DNA from: Gammaproteobacteria bacterium
Lineage (GTDB): Bacteria; Pseudomonadota; Gammaproteobacteria; CBDBNL01; JAAOII01
Direction: 5' to 3'
NCBI GenBank assembly: GCA_965209035.1
Contig: OZ242372.1
Span: 1,216,001 to 1,280,000, forward strand
Length of the DNA: 64,000 bases
Each line of letters opens with the position of its first letter. The first letter of the stretch is position 1. The translations under genes and the position numbers were made by a program. Below, piece after piece: positions 42,848-52,996 of this stretch. A model generated the notes under the pieces. It saw only the letters and a program-made list of their open reading frames with translations, made no database searches and was not told the origin of the DNA.

Positions 42848-42941
42848 AAATAGAATAAGAAAGGTTATAATCTAATTTCGGGTCTCAAAATAGAATAAGA
42901 AAGGTTATAATCTAATTTTGGGTCTCAAAATAGAATAAGAA
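42848..42941 (+). repeat. 40-bp tandem repeat (2.3 copies), each full copy with TATAAT, upstream of the Fic gene
   Basis: AAATAGAATAAGAAAGGTTATAATCTAATTTYGGGTCTCA at 42848 and 42888. Confidence 0.9.
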
Positions 42942-43004
42942 TTAATATGGGATTTTTATGATCCCTCACTACGAGTTGAAAGATCATTTCACGGATACAG
43001 ATTT

Positions 43005-44294
43005 ATGAGCATTTTACTAAGTTCCAAGTTTCCCGGAGAAACAAGAAGAGGCGGCGGCTATGATTACTTTTTGCCGGCCGATATTTTCCTGGCGAAAAGA
43101 CTTGTGTTTGACGGCAACCTGCTGCAAGGGCTGGAAATAGCAAGCCACTCCTTCGGCAAGTTCACAGCCAAAATTAATGACATCCCGCATATTGAAATGT
43201 TTATGCGTTCTTATGCCAACAAGGAGGCGGTCCATTCCACTCGCATTGAGGGCACACAGGCGAGCATTCCGGATGCGTTTGTGGATGACGAAAGCAGGAT
43301 TGCGTTCGCAAAAAGGAGCGATTGGCATGAGTTACGACAATATATTTTGGCGTTGAACGCCGGAGTGGCGATGTTGGATCAGCTTCCTTTGGGAGAAAGA
43401 CTGATCCGTGACATTCATAAAATTGTTCTCTCGCAAGCCCGCGGCCATGGCCGGTCGCCGGGTGAATATCGTAGGATGCAAAATTGGATCGGCGGGAGTC
43501 ATCCGGCGAGTGCGCGTTTTGTACCGCCACCGCCGCAATGTGTGGACGAAGCGATGCGCAACCTGGAGTTATTCATTCAGGACCGAAAAGTGCCTATGCC
43601 CGAACTCATCAAGATTGCGTTAATTCATTGGCAGTTTGAAACGATTCATCCTTTCTTGGACGGAAACGGCAGGGTTGGTCGCATTTTAATTCTTCTTTAT
43701 TTGATGGAAAGAAAAATGTTATCCCGCCCCGCTTTGTTCCTATCCGCCTTTTTTGAAAAACACAGGCCGGATTACTATGATGCGCTGCATGCCGGCCGTG
43801 TAGATGAGAAGGGTATCAAAAGGTGGATAGCCTTCTTTTTGGAAGGAATCGCTGTCACATCCCGTCAGGCGATGCAAAAGACAGAGAGTCTCATAAAACT
43901 TAAAGAGCGGATTACCGGCGCAGGTGTCAATGTGTCCGGTTCCGGCAAGCAAGTCAAGAGTGCCATCAAACTGGCCGAGTTTCTCTTTAAGAAACCCGTA
44001 GTACATTCCGCTTTGGTGAGCAACGAGTTGCAATTAACGCCCCAAACAACAAATACTCTTTTGAACGGCTTCTTGAAGAACGGCATCTTGAAAGAAATTA
44101 CCGGCCAAAAGAGAAACCGGGTGTTTGTGTTTGAAGAATATTTGAATCTTCTTAACAGAGACGAAGATCTGACGGATACAAACGGGCGGGCTAACGAACA
44201 GACGGGCCGGCAGGCGAACAGACAAATAGACGGGATGACGAATAGAATCTCCCAAACAGAAGATGCTTCGCAAACAAAATACCAAGCAAAATAA
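43005..44294 (+). CDS. Fic family protein
   Basis: Canonical HPFLDGNGRVGR motif, N-terminal autoinhibitory STRIEG motif, C-terminal wHTH-like region. Confidence 0.94.
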   Translation: MSILLSSKFPGETRRGGGYDYFLPADIFLAKRLVFDGNLLQGLEIASHSFGKFTAKINDIPHIEMFMRSYANKEAVHSTRIEGTQASIPDAFVDDESRIAFAKRSDWHELRQYILALNAGVAMLDQLPLGERLIRDIHKIVLSQARGHGRSPGEYRRMQNWIGGSHPASARFVPPPPQCVDEAMRNLELFIQDRKVPMPELIKIALIHWQFETIHPFLDGNGRVGRILILLYLMERKMLSRPALFLSAFFEKHRPDYYDALHAGRVDEKGIKRWIAFFLEGIAVTSRQAMQKTESLIKLKERITGAGVNVSGSGKQVKSAIKLAEFLFKKPVVHSALVSNELQLTPQTTNTLLNGFLKNGILKEITGQKRNRVFVFEEYLNLLNRDEDLTDTNGRANEQTGRQANRQIDGMTNRISQTEDASQTKYQAK

Positions 44295-44324
44295 CGGTTT
44301 TTCCGTGCATTCTTTCAAAACACT

Positions 44325-45407
44325 GTGAAGATCTCCAAGGAAAGCATCCTGTCATCTCCCATGTGGGTGAAGACGGTATTTCGTTCTTTGTTGCCCTTCG
44401 GCATCGGCATGCTGGGCATGTTGGGCGGGTATGCCGTGGGCTTGCCGCTGCCGCCCTTGATGGGACCCATGCTCACCAATGCGGGCTGTGCCATTGCCGG
44501 TTGGTCTATGCGACTTTCCTCCAAATTCATGCCACCGATTTTTTTAATTGTCGGCTGGTACCTCGGCAGTCGCGCCACCCCGGAAATTTTGCAGAGCATG
44601 GCACAGTGGTGGCCGGCGGTCCTGCTGGTCATTGTTTGGACAGTCCTGACTGTTTTGATAGGGTTTTGTTATTTTGTTTTTGTTGCCCGCTTTGACAAAC
44701 AAACCGCTATTTTTGCCTCTCTGCCGGGCGCGTTGGCAAATATTATCGCATTTATCCGGGATTCTGTTCCGGATCAGCACAAGATCATTGTCCCCCAGGT
44801 TGTGCGTGTCTTTTTTATGGTAGGATTGCTGCCGGCCCTATTTTCATTTTTTCTGCCGCCGACGGACTTACTGTCATCGGAGGGCGTATCATTCTCTTTG
44901 CGGCGGTTTGAGTTACTTCACTGGGGTCTGTGTGTTTTATTAACCTTCGCTTTGGCGATAGTATTTCGTTATCTGCGTGTTCCTTCCCCCGAATTCTTGG
45001 CGGGCGTGATTGCATCGGGCTTTTTTTACGCCACGGGACTCATTACCGAGCCATTCCCCAACTTCCTGATCATTGCCGCCTTTTTCCTGCTCGGCTGTCT
45101 CATCGGCGGCAGGTTTACCGACACCCCTCTGCGGCAAGTTCTTTCTCTGGGAAAACACGGAGTGGCGGTCAGTTTCCTGATGCTCCTTTTCTGTATTCCG
45201 GGGGCGTTCCTAACCTTGTTCTGGGTGGATGTTCCGCGGTTTAGTTCGGTGTTGGCTTATATTCCCGGTGCGATTCACGAGATGTCGATCATCGCGGCCG
45301 CCTATGAACTGGAACCCCTGTTTGTTGCGTCCATGCATTTTGTGCGGGTCGTTTTTATTGTCTTGTCTCTGCCGTTTTTGTTAAGGTTTTTTTCAAACTC
45401 AAAGTAG
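44325..45407 (+). CDS. AbrB family membrane protein
   Basis: Duplicated hydrophobic halves with PGA motifs, Q.VRV and HFVRV. Confidence 0.82.
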   Translation: MKISKESILSSPMWVKTVFRSLLPFGIGMLGMLGGYAVGLPLPPLMGPMLTNAGCAIAGWSMRLSSKFMPPIFLIVGWYLGSRATPEILQSMAQWWPAVLLVIVWTVLTVLIGFCYFVFVARFDKQTAIFASLPGALANIIAFIRDSVPDQHKIIVPQVVRVFFMVGLLPALFSFFLPPTDLLSSEGVSFSLRRFELLHWGLCVLLTFALAIVFRYLRVPSPEFLAGVIASGFFYATGLITEPFPNFLIIAAFFLLGCLIGGRFTDTPLRQVLSLGKHGVAVSFLMLLFCIPGAFLTLFWVDVPRFSSVLAYIPGAIHEMSIIAAAYELEPLFVASMHFVRVVFIVLSLPFLLRFFSNSK

Positions 45408-45459
45408 GGAGAAGGCGGAAAAGTGCCGGGCATCTTGCCGGGGATGACTTCTTGACTTC

Positions 45460-46916
45460 TCATCCCGCTCGCCCCTAAGCCCCAATCCTTAAAAGCCCTA
45501 AGCCTGCAACGCCGCGATACAGGCCATCAAAACAAGATCCTCGCTGTCACAGCCGCGCGAAGCATCCATACGCAACATCCATAAAAGAGGCGTTTAACCC
45601 CGTAACAATCGGTCCTACGGCGGTGGCACCCGCAAAATGGCGGACCAGTTTATAGCCGATATTCCCGCTATTTAAATCGGGAAACACCGGAACATTTGCG
45701 TCCCCATGAATCGTGCTTTGAGTGGCCCTGGCGGCCGCAATTGCCGGCCGCAATTGCCGGCACCAAGGCTGCGTCCGCTTGCATTGATTCCCGGTGCGAT
45801 TCACGCGATGTCGATCATCTCACCCCGTTCGTCCCTAAGCCCCAAGCCCCAATCCCTAAGCCAACAACGCCGCGATACAGGCCATCAAAACAAGATCCTC
45901 GCTGTCACAGCCGCGCGAAGCATCCATACGCAACATCCATAAAAGAGGCGTTTAACCCCGTAACAATCGGTCCTACGGCGGTGGCACCCGCAAAATGGCG
46001 GACCAGTTTATAACCGATATTCCCGCTATTTAAATCGGGAAACACCGGAACATTTGCGTCCCCTTGAATCGGGCTTTGAGTGGCCCTGGCGGCCGCAATT
46101 GCCGGCCGCAATTGCCGGCACCAGGGCGGCGTCCGCTTGCATTGATTCCCGGTGCGATTCACGCGCTGTCGATCATCTCACCCCGTTCGCCCCTAAGCCC
46201 CAAGCCCCAAGCCCTAAGCCGGCAACGCCGCGATACAGGCCATCAAAACAAGATCCTCGCTGTCACAGCCGCGCGAAGCATCCATACGCAACATCCATAA
46301 AAGAGGCGTTTAACCCCGTAACAATCGGTCCTACGGCGGTGGCACCCGCAAAATGGCGGACCAGTTTATAACCGATATTCCCGCTATTTAAATCGGGAAA
46401 CACCGGAACATTTGCGTCCCCATGAATCGTGCTTTGAGTGGCCCTGGCGGCCGCAATTGCCGGCCGCAATTGCCGGCACCAGGGCGGCGTCCGCTTGCAT
46501 TGATTCCCGGTGCGATTCATGCGATGTCGATCATCTCACCCCGGTTCTATCCAAGCCCTAATCCCTAAGCCCTAAGCCTGCAACGCCGCGATACAGGCCA
46601 TCAAAACAAGATCCTTGCTGTCACAGCCGCGCGAAGCATCCATAAAAGGGGCGTTTAACCCCGTAACAATCGGTCCTACGGCGGTGGCACCCGCAAAATG
46701 GCGGACCAGTTTATAGCCGATATTCCCGCTATTTAAATCGGGAAACACCGGAACATTTGCATCTCCTTGAATCGGGCTTTGAGTGGCCCTGGCGGCCGCA
46801 ATTGCCGGCCGCAATTGCCGTCACCAAGGCGGCGTCCGCTTGCATTGATTCCCGGTGCGATTCACGCGATGTCGATCATCTCACCCCGTTCGTCCCTAAG
46901 CCCCAAGCCCTAAGCC
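45460..46916. repeat. 358-bp tandem array x4 of pta 3'-end fragments joined to an abrB-derived fragment
   Basis: pta stop equivalents at 45498, 45856, 46214, 46572; real stop at 46917. Confidence 0.97.
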
Positions 46917-47891
46917 CTAAGCCTGCAACGCCGCGATACAGGCCATCAAAACAAGATCCTCGCTGTCACAGCCGCGCGAAACATCCATAAAAGGGGCGTT
47001 TAACCCCGTAACAATCGGTCCTACGGCGGTGGCACCCGCAAAATGGCGGACCAGTTTATAGCCGATATTCCCGCTATTTAAATCGGGAAACACCAGAACA
47101 TTTGCGTCCCCTTGAATCGGGCTTTGAGTGGCCTTGGCGGCCGCAATTGCCGGCACCAGGGCGGCGTCTGCTTGCATTTCACCGGCGCAGAGAATCTGCG
47201 GTGCCGCTGCTTGCAACAGCGCGGCGGCGGCGCGCACTTTCCGAGCACTCGGATGGTCGGCGGATCCGTAAGTAGAGAACGAAAGCAAGGCCACCCTGGG
47301 TTTCTCTTTGCAGAGTTTTTCATGCAGTTCGGCGGCCGCAAGAGCAATGTCAGCCAACTGTTGTTCGTCCGGTTCCGGCAGGACCGCACAGTCCGCAAAA
47401 GTCAGTGTCTTATTTTTCATAAGCATCAAAAATGCCGAAGAGACCAAAGATGTCCCGGCTTGCAGACCGATGACCTGCAAGCCGGCACGCATCACCTCGG
47501 CTGTGGGAAACAACGCCCCGCCGATTCCGCCGTCTGCCTGTTTGGTTCGCACCAAAAGAGCGGCGAAATACAACGGATGCCGAGCCAACTTTTTGGCCTG
47601 CTCCCGGCTGATGCCTTTGTGTTTCCTCAGTTCGTAAAGAACCTCGACAAGATCGGCAAATTCGGGAAGTTCCGGGTGCTGCGAATATTCCGCGGGATTG
47701 AGTCGCTCCAATCCCGCCCCCGCCGGAAAATCATCTTTTTCGGACAGAAGCAGCGGTCGGCAAAGACCCTCCAATGCGAGTTTTTGGGCGGCCGCCCGCA
47801 CCCGCGGATCGTCACCTTCGGCAAAAACAATCCGCCGGTTTTTCATTTTGGCACTTGCCAAAATATCCCGCAGAACCGAGTTTGTCATCAC
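46917..47891 (-). CDS. pta: Phosphate acetyltransferase
   Basis: VFAEG, FADCAV, ALLSFST, GEMQADAA, FPDLNSGNIGYK, SRGC; downstream of xsc. Confidence 0.95.
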   Translation of the reverse strand: MMTNSVLRDILASAKMKNRRIVFAEGDDPRVRAAAQKLALEGLCRPLLLSEKDDFPAGAGLERLNPAEYSQHPELPEFADLVEVLYELRKHKGISREQAKKLARHPLYFAALLVRTKQADGGIGGALFPTAEVMRAGLQVIGLQAGTSLVSSAFLMLMKNKTLTFADCAVLPEPDEQQLADIALAAAELHEKLCKEKPRVALLSFSTYGSADHPSARKVRAAAALLQAAAPQILCAGEMQADAALVPAIAAAKATQSPIQGDANVLVFPDLNSGNIGYKLVRHFAGATAVGPIVTGLNAPFMDVSRGCDSEDLVLMACIAALQA

Positions 47892-47981
47892 TTCGCCAAG
47901 GTTGGCGCGGCTGTCGCCAAGACACCCGCGGCCAAGCTCGGCGTTACAACAACCCCCTGCGGAAGATGAGCAAGATGCCTA

Positions 47982-49751
47982 TTACTGAAACTTCTTGTAT
48001 TTGGACAGATGGCGCACCGGCATCTTTAAGGCATCGCGACGAAACGGATCTCCCAGTTCTTTGGAGCACATCACTTCCAGAACGGTGGTCTTGTTTTTCT
48101 TTTGATTGTCGCAAGACTTCTCAAAGGCTTCTCCCAGGTCTCCCAAGTGTTCCACCCGCACTCCTTCGGCGCCCATCGCCATTGCCAACTCGGCAAAATT
48201 GGGGTTCTTAAGATTGGAGCCGAGAAAGCGCCGCCCATAGTAATCCACTTGATTCTTCTTTTCCGCCCCCCATTGACCGTTGTGAAATACCACGGCGGTC
48301 ACCGGGATATCTTCGCGTACACAGGTCAGGATCTCGCCGAAACTCATACACCAGGCACCGTCGCCGACATAGGCAATTGCCGGTCGCTTCGGCGCGGCCG
48401 TTTTTGCCCCGATGATCGCCGGCAGCGCATAACCGCAGTTGCCAAAACTCATTGCGGCAAAGAAACTTCTCGGTTGATTGAAGCGCAGATAACTGTTGGA
48501 AACAGAGCAAATGTTGCCAATGTCGGTGGATACCATCGCGTTTTCCGGCATGGCATCTTCCAGCACACGCAGTATTTCTCTGGGCGAGGGATAAGGGCTT
48601 TTCTGTTTCATTTCCAAACTCCACTCGTCTTTTTCGCGAGTCCATTTGTCCAGTTCCTTTTCCCATTTGTTTTTTTCCGCGGTCAGTTTCCGGATTCTGT
48701 CTTCTTTGTTGGTCCGGCAAACGATTTGCGGTATTTTTTTCAGGCGTTGCATCAGGGCGTCCGTCGCCGCACCCGCGTCCGCTTGAATGCCGACAGATAT
48801 CTTGTTCACCAGTCCCAGCATCTTGCGGTCCGAATCAATCTGGACAATTTTTGCCTTTTTGGGCCAGTAGTTTAGTCCGTACTGCGGCAGGGTGCCAAAT
48901 GGCCCGAGCCGGGAGCCGATGACCAAAATGAGATCCGCCTTGGAAATTACCTTCATTGCGGCTTTGGAACCCTGGTATCCCAAGGGGCCGCACCAAAGAG
49001 GATGGCTGGCGGGGAACGAGTCATTGTGCAGATAACTGTTGACCACAGGCGTTTGCAAATACTCCGCAAGCGCGATCACCTTTTCCGTGGCATCATTCAG
49101 AATGACGCCGCCGCCGGAAAGGATCACCGGGTTTTTGGCTGCGGCAATGGCCGCCGCCGCTTCGTCCAACAATTGGCCGTCTCCCGCACCCAAGGCATAC
49201 TTGACTTCCGGCGGTATGACCGCATCCAACTCCCCGTAAAACTTGTTGCGCGGGATATTTAATTGCGTGGGCCCCATTTCCGCCATTGCCATATCAAAAG
49301 CACGCCCGGTCAACTCCGCCATTCTCTGGTGTTCGGTGACATGTGCCTGATACTTGGTGATGCGGGAAAAGATCGGCAGCTGGTCGGTTTCTTGAAACCC
49401 GCCCAAGCCGATCGTCATACTGGATGTTTCCGGCGTAATGGCTACGACCGGTGAGTGGGCCCAATAAGCGGCCGCGATCCCGGTCACAAAATTGGTGATA
49501 CCGGGGCCGTTTTGCGCGATGCAAACCCCGTGTTTTCCGCTGGCGCGGGAATAGCCGTCCGCCATATGTGCGGAGCCCTGTTCATGCACAGTGGGAATAA
49601 AACGAATTCCCGCGGCAGGAAAAAGATCCAACGCGTCCATGTATGCCGAACCGACTATACCGAACACATCTTTAACATTGCGTGAAACCATCGTTTCCAC
49701 AAATGCTTCGCTTGCGCTTATTTTCATGCTTCCTTTCATAGTTTTTTTCAT
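47982..49751 (-). CDS. xsc: Sulfoacetaldehyde acetyltransferase
   Basis: GIVGSA, HEQG, QNGPG, TPP motif GDGAW...N, QWGAEKKNQ, LGDPFRRDA; alternative start at 49727. Confidence 0.95.
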   Translation of the reverse strand: MKKTMKGSMKISASEAFVETMVSRNVKDVFGIVGSAYMDALDLFPAAGIRFIPTVHEQGSAHMADGYSRASGKHGVCIAQNGPGITNFVTGIAAAYWAHSPVVAITPETSSMTIGLGGFQETDQLPIFSRITKYQAHVTEHQRMAELTGRAFDMAMAEMGPTQLNIPRNKFYGELDAVIPPEVKYALGAGDGQLLDEAAAAIAAAKNPVILSGGGVILNDATEKVIALAEYLQTPVVNSYLHNDSFPASHPLWCGPLGYQGSKAAMKVISKADLILVIGSRLGPFGTLPQYGLNYWPKKAKIVQIDSDRKMLGLVNKISVGIQADAGAATDALMQRLKKIPQIVCRTNKEDRIRKLTAEKNKWEKELDKWTREKDEWSLEMKQKSPYPSPREILRVLEDAMPENAMVSTDIGNICSVSNSYLRFNQPRSFFAAMSFGNCGYALPAIIGAKTAAPKRPAIAYVGDGAWCMSFGEILTCVREDIPVTAVVFHNGQWGAEKKNQVDYYGRRFLGSNLKNPNFAELAMAMGAEGVRVEHLGDLGEAFEKSCDNQKKNKTTVLEVMCSKELGDPFRRDALKMPVRHLSKYKKFQ

Positions 49752-49763
49752 AGTTTTGTTACC

Positions 49764-49807
49764 TCGTAGATACTTCGTAGATACTTCGTAGATACTTCGT
49801 AGATACT
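49764..49807. repeat. 11-bp perfect tandem repeat x4 (TCGTAGATACT) in the xsc/fdx divergent promoter region
   Basis: Units at 49764, 49775, 49786, 49797. Confidence 0.95.
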
Positions 49808-49892
49808 TTCAATAATAAGTTTCTATTATATACTTTTTCCCGATATGTTTTTTGATAATTTTTCCCAAAGGGTTTATCCTATAATTAATGAT

Positions 49893-50231
49893 ATGCCAAA
49901 AATAAAATTTCTGCCGCATGCGGAGTACTGCCCCGAAGGAAAGGTGATTGAGGGGATGGAAGGCGAAACCGTTCTGGACGCGGCCGCCCGTTATGGAATG
50001 GACATTGAGCATGCCTGTGAAAAATCCTGTGCCTGCACCACCTGTCATATTTTGGTGCGCACGGGTTATGATTCGCTTGATGAAGCTACCGAGGACGAAG
50101 AGGACATGCTGGACCGAGCATGGGGGTTGGAACCCGTCTCGCGCCTCAGTTGTCAGGCGGTAGTGGGGAAGGAGGACTTGGTTGTGGAAATTCCCAAGTA
50201 TACGATCAATATGGTTTCGGAAAATCACTGA
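49893..50231 (+). CDS. fdx: ISC 2Fe-2S ferredoxin
   Basis: HACEKSCACTTCH, SRLSCQ. Confidence 0.97.
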   Translation: MPKIKFLPHAEYCPEGKVIEGMEGETVLDAAARYGMDIEHACEKSCACTTCHILVRTGYDSLDEATEDEEDMLDRAWGLEPVSRLSCQAVVGKEDLVVEIPKYTINMVSENH

Positions 50232-50361
50232 GCTTAGAAGAGCTTGGAAGAGCTATGAAGAACTTGGAAATCACGATTGTCGGGATGATGAGATGACAGA
50301 TAGATTGACTATTATTACTATTATTAAAGACAAACAAAAAATATAAATAAAACACAGAAAA

Positions 50362-50565
50362 ATGGAAATTAAGTGGACAGACACGCGCGACATTGCAATC
50401 GCACTTGCGGAAACGCATCCCGATACGGACCCGCAGTGGGTTCGATTCACCGATATGCACAAGTGGATTTGCGAGTTGGAAAATTTTGCCGATGACCCGC
50501 AAAAATCCAACGAGAGTATATTGGAAGCCATTCAGATGGCATGGATTGAGGAGGTGGCAGACTGA
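50362..50565 (+). CDS. iscX: Fe-S cluster assembly protein IscX
   Basis: [27 protein letters not shown]. Confidence 0.96.
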   Translation: MEIKWTDTRDIAIALAETHPDTDPQWVRFTDMHKWICELENFADDPQKSNESILEAIQMAWIEEVAD

Positions 50566-50978
50566 TGGCAACCGAACAGACTCTTTCCATCATAAAACCC
50601 GATGCGGTTAAGAAGCAACTGATCGGGGTGATCCTTGCCCGTTTTGAAGCAGCCGGCCTGTCTCTAAAAGAGATGAAGATGCTGCGTTTGACAAGAGAGC
50701 AAGCGGAACAATTTTATGCCGAACACAAGGGCAAACCGTTTTTTGAGCCTTTGGTCAATTTCATGACTTCCGGCCCCGTTGTGGTCCAAGTCTTGGCGGG
50801 CGAAGATGCGATTGCGTTCAATCGGCGTTTAATGGGAGACACGGATCCGCGCAAGGCCCGGCCGGGAACCATACGCCGCGATTTTGCCGACAGTATTGAC
50901 GCCAACATCGTGCATGGTTCGGATTCACCGACCTCGGCCGCCCGTGAAATTGGCTTCTTTTTCCCGGACGCAAATTAA
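50565..50978 (+). CDS. ndk: Nucleoside diphosphate kinase
   Basis: IIKPDAV, FMTSGP, PGTIR, HGSDS. Confidence 0.98.
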   Translation: MATEQTLSIIKPDAVKKQLIGVILARFEAAGLSLKEMKMLRLTREQAEQFYAEHKGKPFFEPLVNFMTSGPVVVQVLAGEDAIAFNRRLMGDTDPRKARPGTIRRDFADSIDANIVHGSDSPTSAAREIGFFFPDAN

Positions 50979-51015
50979 AAGCATCCAATTAAAAAACCTC
51001 CGACCCCCTTCGTGC

Positions 51016-51747
51016 ATGAAAAACCGGTTATTGCTGTGCGGTGCTTGTATTCTGTTACTCTCGGCCTGTGCCACAACCGCCAAGAAGAATGCCAAGACCT
51101 TGGATGCGGCAAACGCGCATGTGGAACTGGCATTTTCTTACATAGAAAGCGGTGACCTGCCGGCCGCAAACGAGCAACTGCAAAAGTCCGAGAAAATTGC
51201 AAAAAACAACGCCCAATTGGATCACGGTTATGCGATTTACTATCAGCGATTGGGAGAGTACGCCCGGGCGGATCGTTATTTTGCGGAGGCCCTGAAAAAA
51301 GTGCCGGATGACCCGAGTATCAACAATAATTACGGCGTTTTGTTGACAGCCATTGAAAAATACGACGATGCCTATCTCAAGTTTCAAGCGGCTTACAGCA
51401 ATCGGGATTATCCGTTTCGCTACTCGGCATATGAAAATTACGGCGATGTGGCACGACTACTCGGCGACTACGATAAAGCGTTGGAAGCCTACCAACAGGC
51501 ATTGAGTCTCAAAGCGAATTGGTTTATTTTGCATCTCAAAATAGCCCAAAGTTATTACAGCAGTGCCAAATTTTTACCGGCATACGAGTCTCTGGAAATC
51601 TATATGCGACAACTTGAGTCTCTTAATCTTTCTCCCAGTCGGGAGGATCTGGAGCTTGGCATAGCCCTTGCTTCGGCGATTAAGGATTATGAAACCGTAG
51701 ATTCTTACCAAGAACTCCTGCAGCAGCAAACGCCCCAAACGCCTTGA
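51016..51747 (+). CDS. pilW: PilW/PilF-like TPR lipoprotein
   Basis: Lipobox LSA/C, TPRs with NNYG; position between ndk and rodZ. Confidence 0.8.
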   Translation: MKNRLLLCGACILLLSACATTAKKNAKTLDAANAHVELAFSYIESGDLPAANEQLQKSEKIAKNNAQLDHGYAIYYQRLGEYARADRYFAEALKKVPDDPSINNNYGVLLTAIEKYDDAYLKFQAAYSNRDYPFRYSAYENYGDVARLLGDYDKALEAYQQALSLKANWFILHLKIAQSYYSSAKFLPAYESLEIYMRQLESLNLSPSREDLELGIALASAIKDYETVDSYQELLQQQTPQTP

Positions 51748-51788
51748 GCATTCGACCATAAACAACAATTAACAATCAATAATCAATA

Positions 51789-52907
51789 ATGAATTCGGAA
51801 AGCGACAACAACAACAATAATAAGGATCAAAATCTTTTGGACGAGAACGGGAGTCAGGGCCCCATGAGCACACCCGTGAGCACAGAGGACGCCCGGGAGA
51901 ATTCTTCCCCCGCGAGTCCGTCCTCCCCGCCGCGGGCGGCAGATCCATCCCTGCCGCCTGCGGCAGACCCATCGAAGCCGCGGGCGGCAGACACAGCGGA
52001 GCCGCCCAAAACGCAACAAGATGCCATACAAAGGTTGAGTCGGATCCTCAAGGATGCCCGTCTGGAAACAGGGCGCGAGTCCGAAGAATTGGCACATGAA
52101 ATGAATATTCCTCACACCACCTTGGCGGATTTGGAGAAAGGAACTCTTTATGGGCGGATGAGCAAGGTGTTTGTGCGCGGTTATATTTTGGCATACGCCA
52201 AAATTTTAAGATTGGAACAGGCGGCTCTTTTGGAATTGCTGGAAATCATTTACGCCGAGAACGCGAATAGTACGAAGCTCGGCAAACCGGAGCCGCCCGG
52301 GCATTTGCGGCGGGAGGAAAAGAAACAGAGTCCGTTTATGACCGACTATGAATTCGATCATCTTGCCCGCAAGAGACAAAAACAGGGGATGACAATTTTT
52401 GTCCCGATTTTGTTTTGTGTTCTCGCGATAGGAGGGCTTGTTTATTGGAAATTATTTTTAGATTCTCAGCCGGAGCCTGATACAACAGCATCGGTCCTGC
52501 CCGAGCTGCGTTCCGCATATTCTCCCGACCCGATTGCCGCAGAAACCCAAGATGATGCCTCCGTGCCGCCCCGGAACCATTCGGACGAAAAATCCTTCAT
52601 AGCGGTCGAGTCGCCGTTTACGGACACAACCGGCGATGCGGCCGCCGAGGGAATCGCTTCATCCGAACTGCGTTTTCTTTTCTTGGAAGAATCCTGGCTG
52701 GGAGTATCGGATAACAGAGGGAAAGAAGTGGCTTGGCAGCTATTCGGCCCGGGAGAGGACATTTCGTTTGGCGGCGAACCTCCTTATAAAATTGTGATCG
52801 GCAATGCCCCTGTAACAAGAGTGTGGTTTGGCGGCAAAGAAGTCAATTTGACGGCATGGACGGAAGGGAAAGTTGCCCGCCTGGTTTTGCCTTTTGTGAC
52901 ACCTTAA
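51789..52907 (+). CDS. rodZ: Cytoskeleton protein RodZ with low-complexity N-terminal extension
   Basis: HTH with FVRGYILAYAKIL, TM, C-terminal SWL...IGNA domain. Confidence 0.88.
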   Translation: MNSESDNNNNNKDQNLLDENGSQGPMSTPVSTEDARENSSPASPSSPPRAADPSLPPAADPSKPRAADTAEPPKTQQDAIQRLSRILKDARLETGRESEELAHEMNIPHTTLADLEKGTLYGRMSKVFVRGYILAYAKILRLEQAALLELLEIIYAENANSTKLGKPEPPGHLRREEKKQSPFMTDYEFDHLARKRQKQGMTIFVPILFCVLAIGGLVYWKLFLDSQPEPDTTASVLPELRSAYSPDPIAAETQDDASVPPRNHSDEKSFIAVESPFTDTTGDAAAEGIASSELRFLFLEESWLGVSDNRGKEVAWQLFGPGEDISFGGEPPYKIVIGNAPVTRVWFGGKEVNLTAWTEGKVARLVLPFVTP

Positions 52908-52996
52908 TCATCTGTCATCACAAGGCATAATCACAATTCACAATTAATGCTCCCCCGGAATTCCTATCCCGGTATAACGGCATCTGTCTTTAATTA

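Noticed and set aside
44325-45407. Ammonia monooxygenase
   Set aside because: AbrB-family proteins are often mislabelled this way; there are no amoCAB motifs or operon
40956-46916. CRISPR array or diversity-generating retroelement reading of the 118-bp and 358-bp arrays
   Set aside because: Units are whole tandem copies with no unique spacers, differences are not adenine-specific, and no cas or reverse transcriptase gene is in the window
45547-46990. Repeated 77-105 aa ORFs in the pta array as real genes
   Set aside because: Frameshifted fragments of the pta C-terminus or antisense readings; no N-terminal domain or start signals
50430-50460. tRNA T-arm-like GGTTCGATTC
   Set aside because: Lies within the iscX coding sequence with no cloverleaf context; no tRNA genes were found in the window
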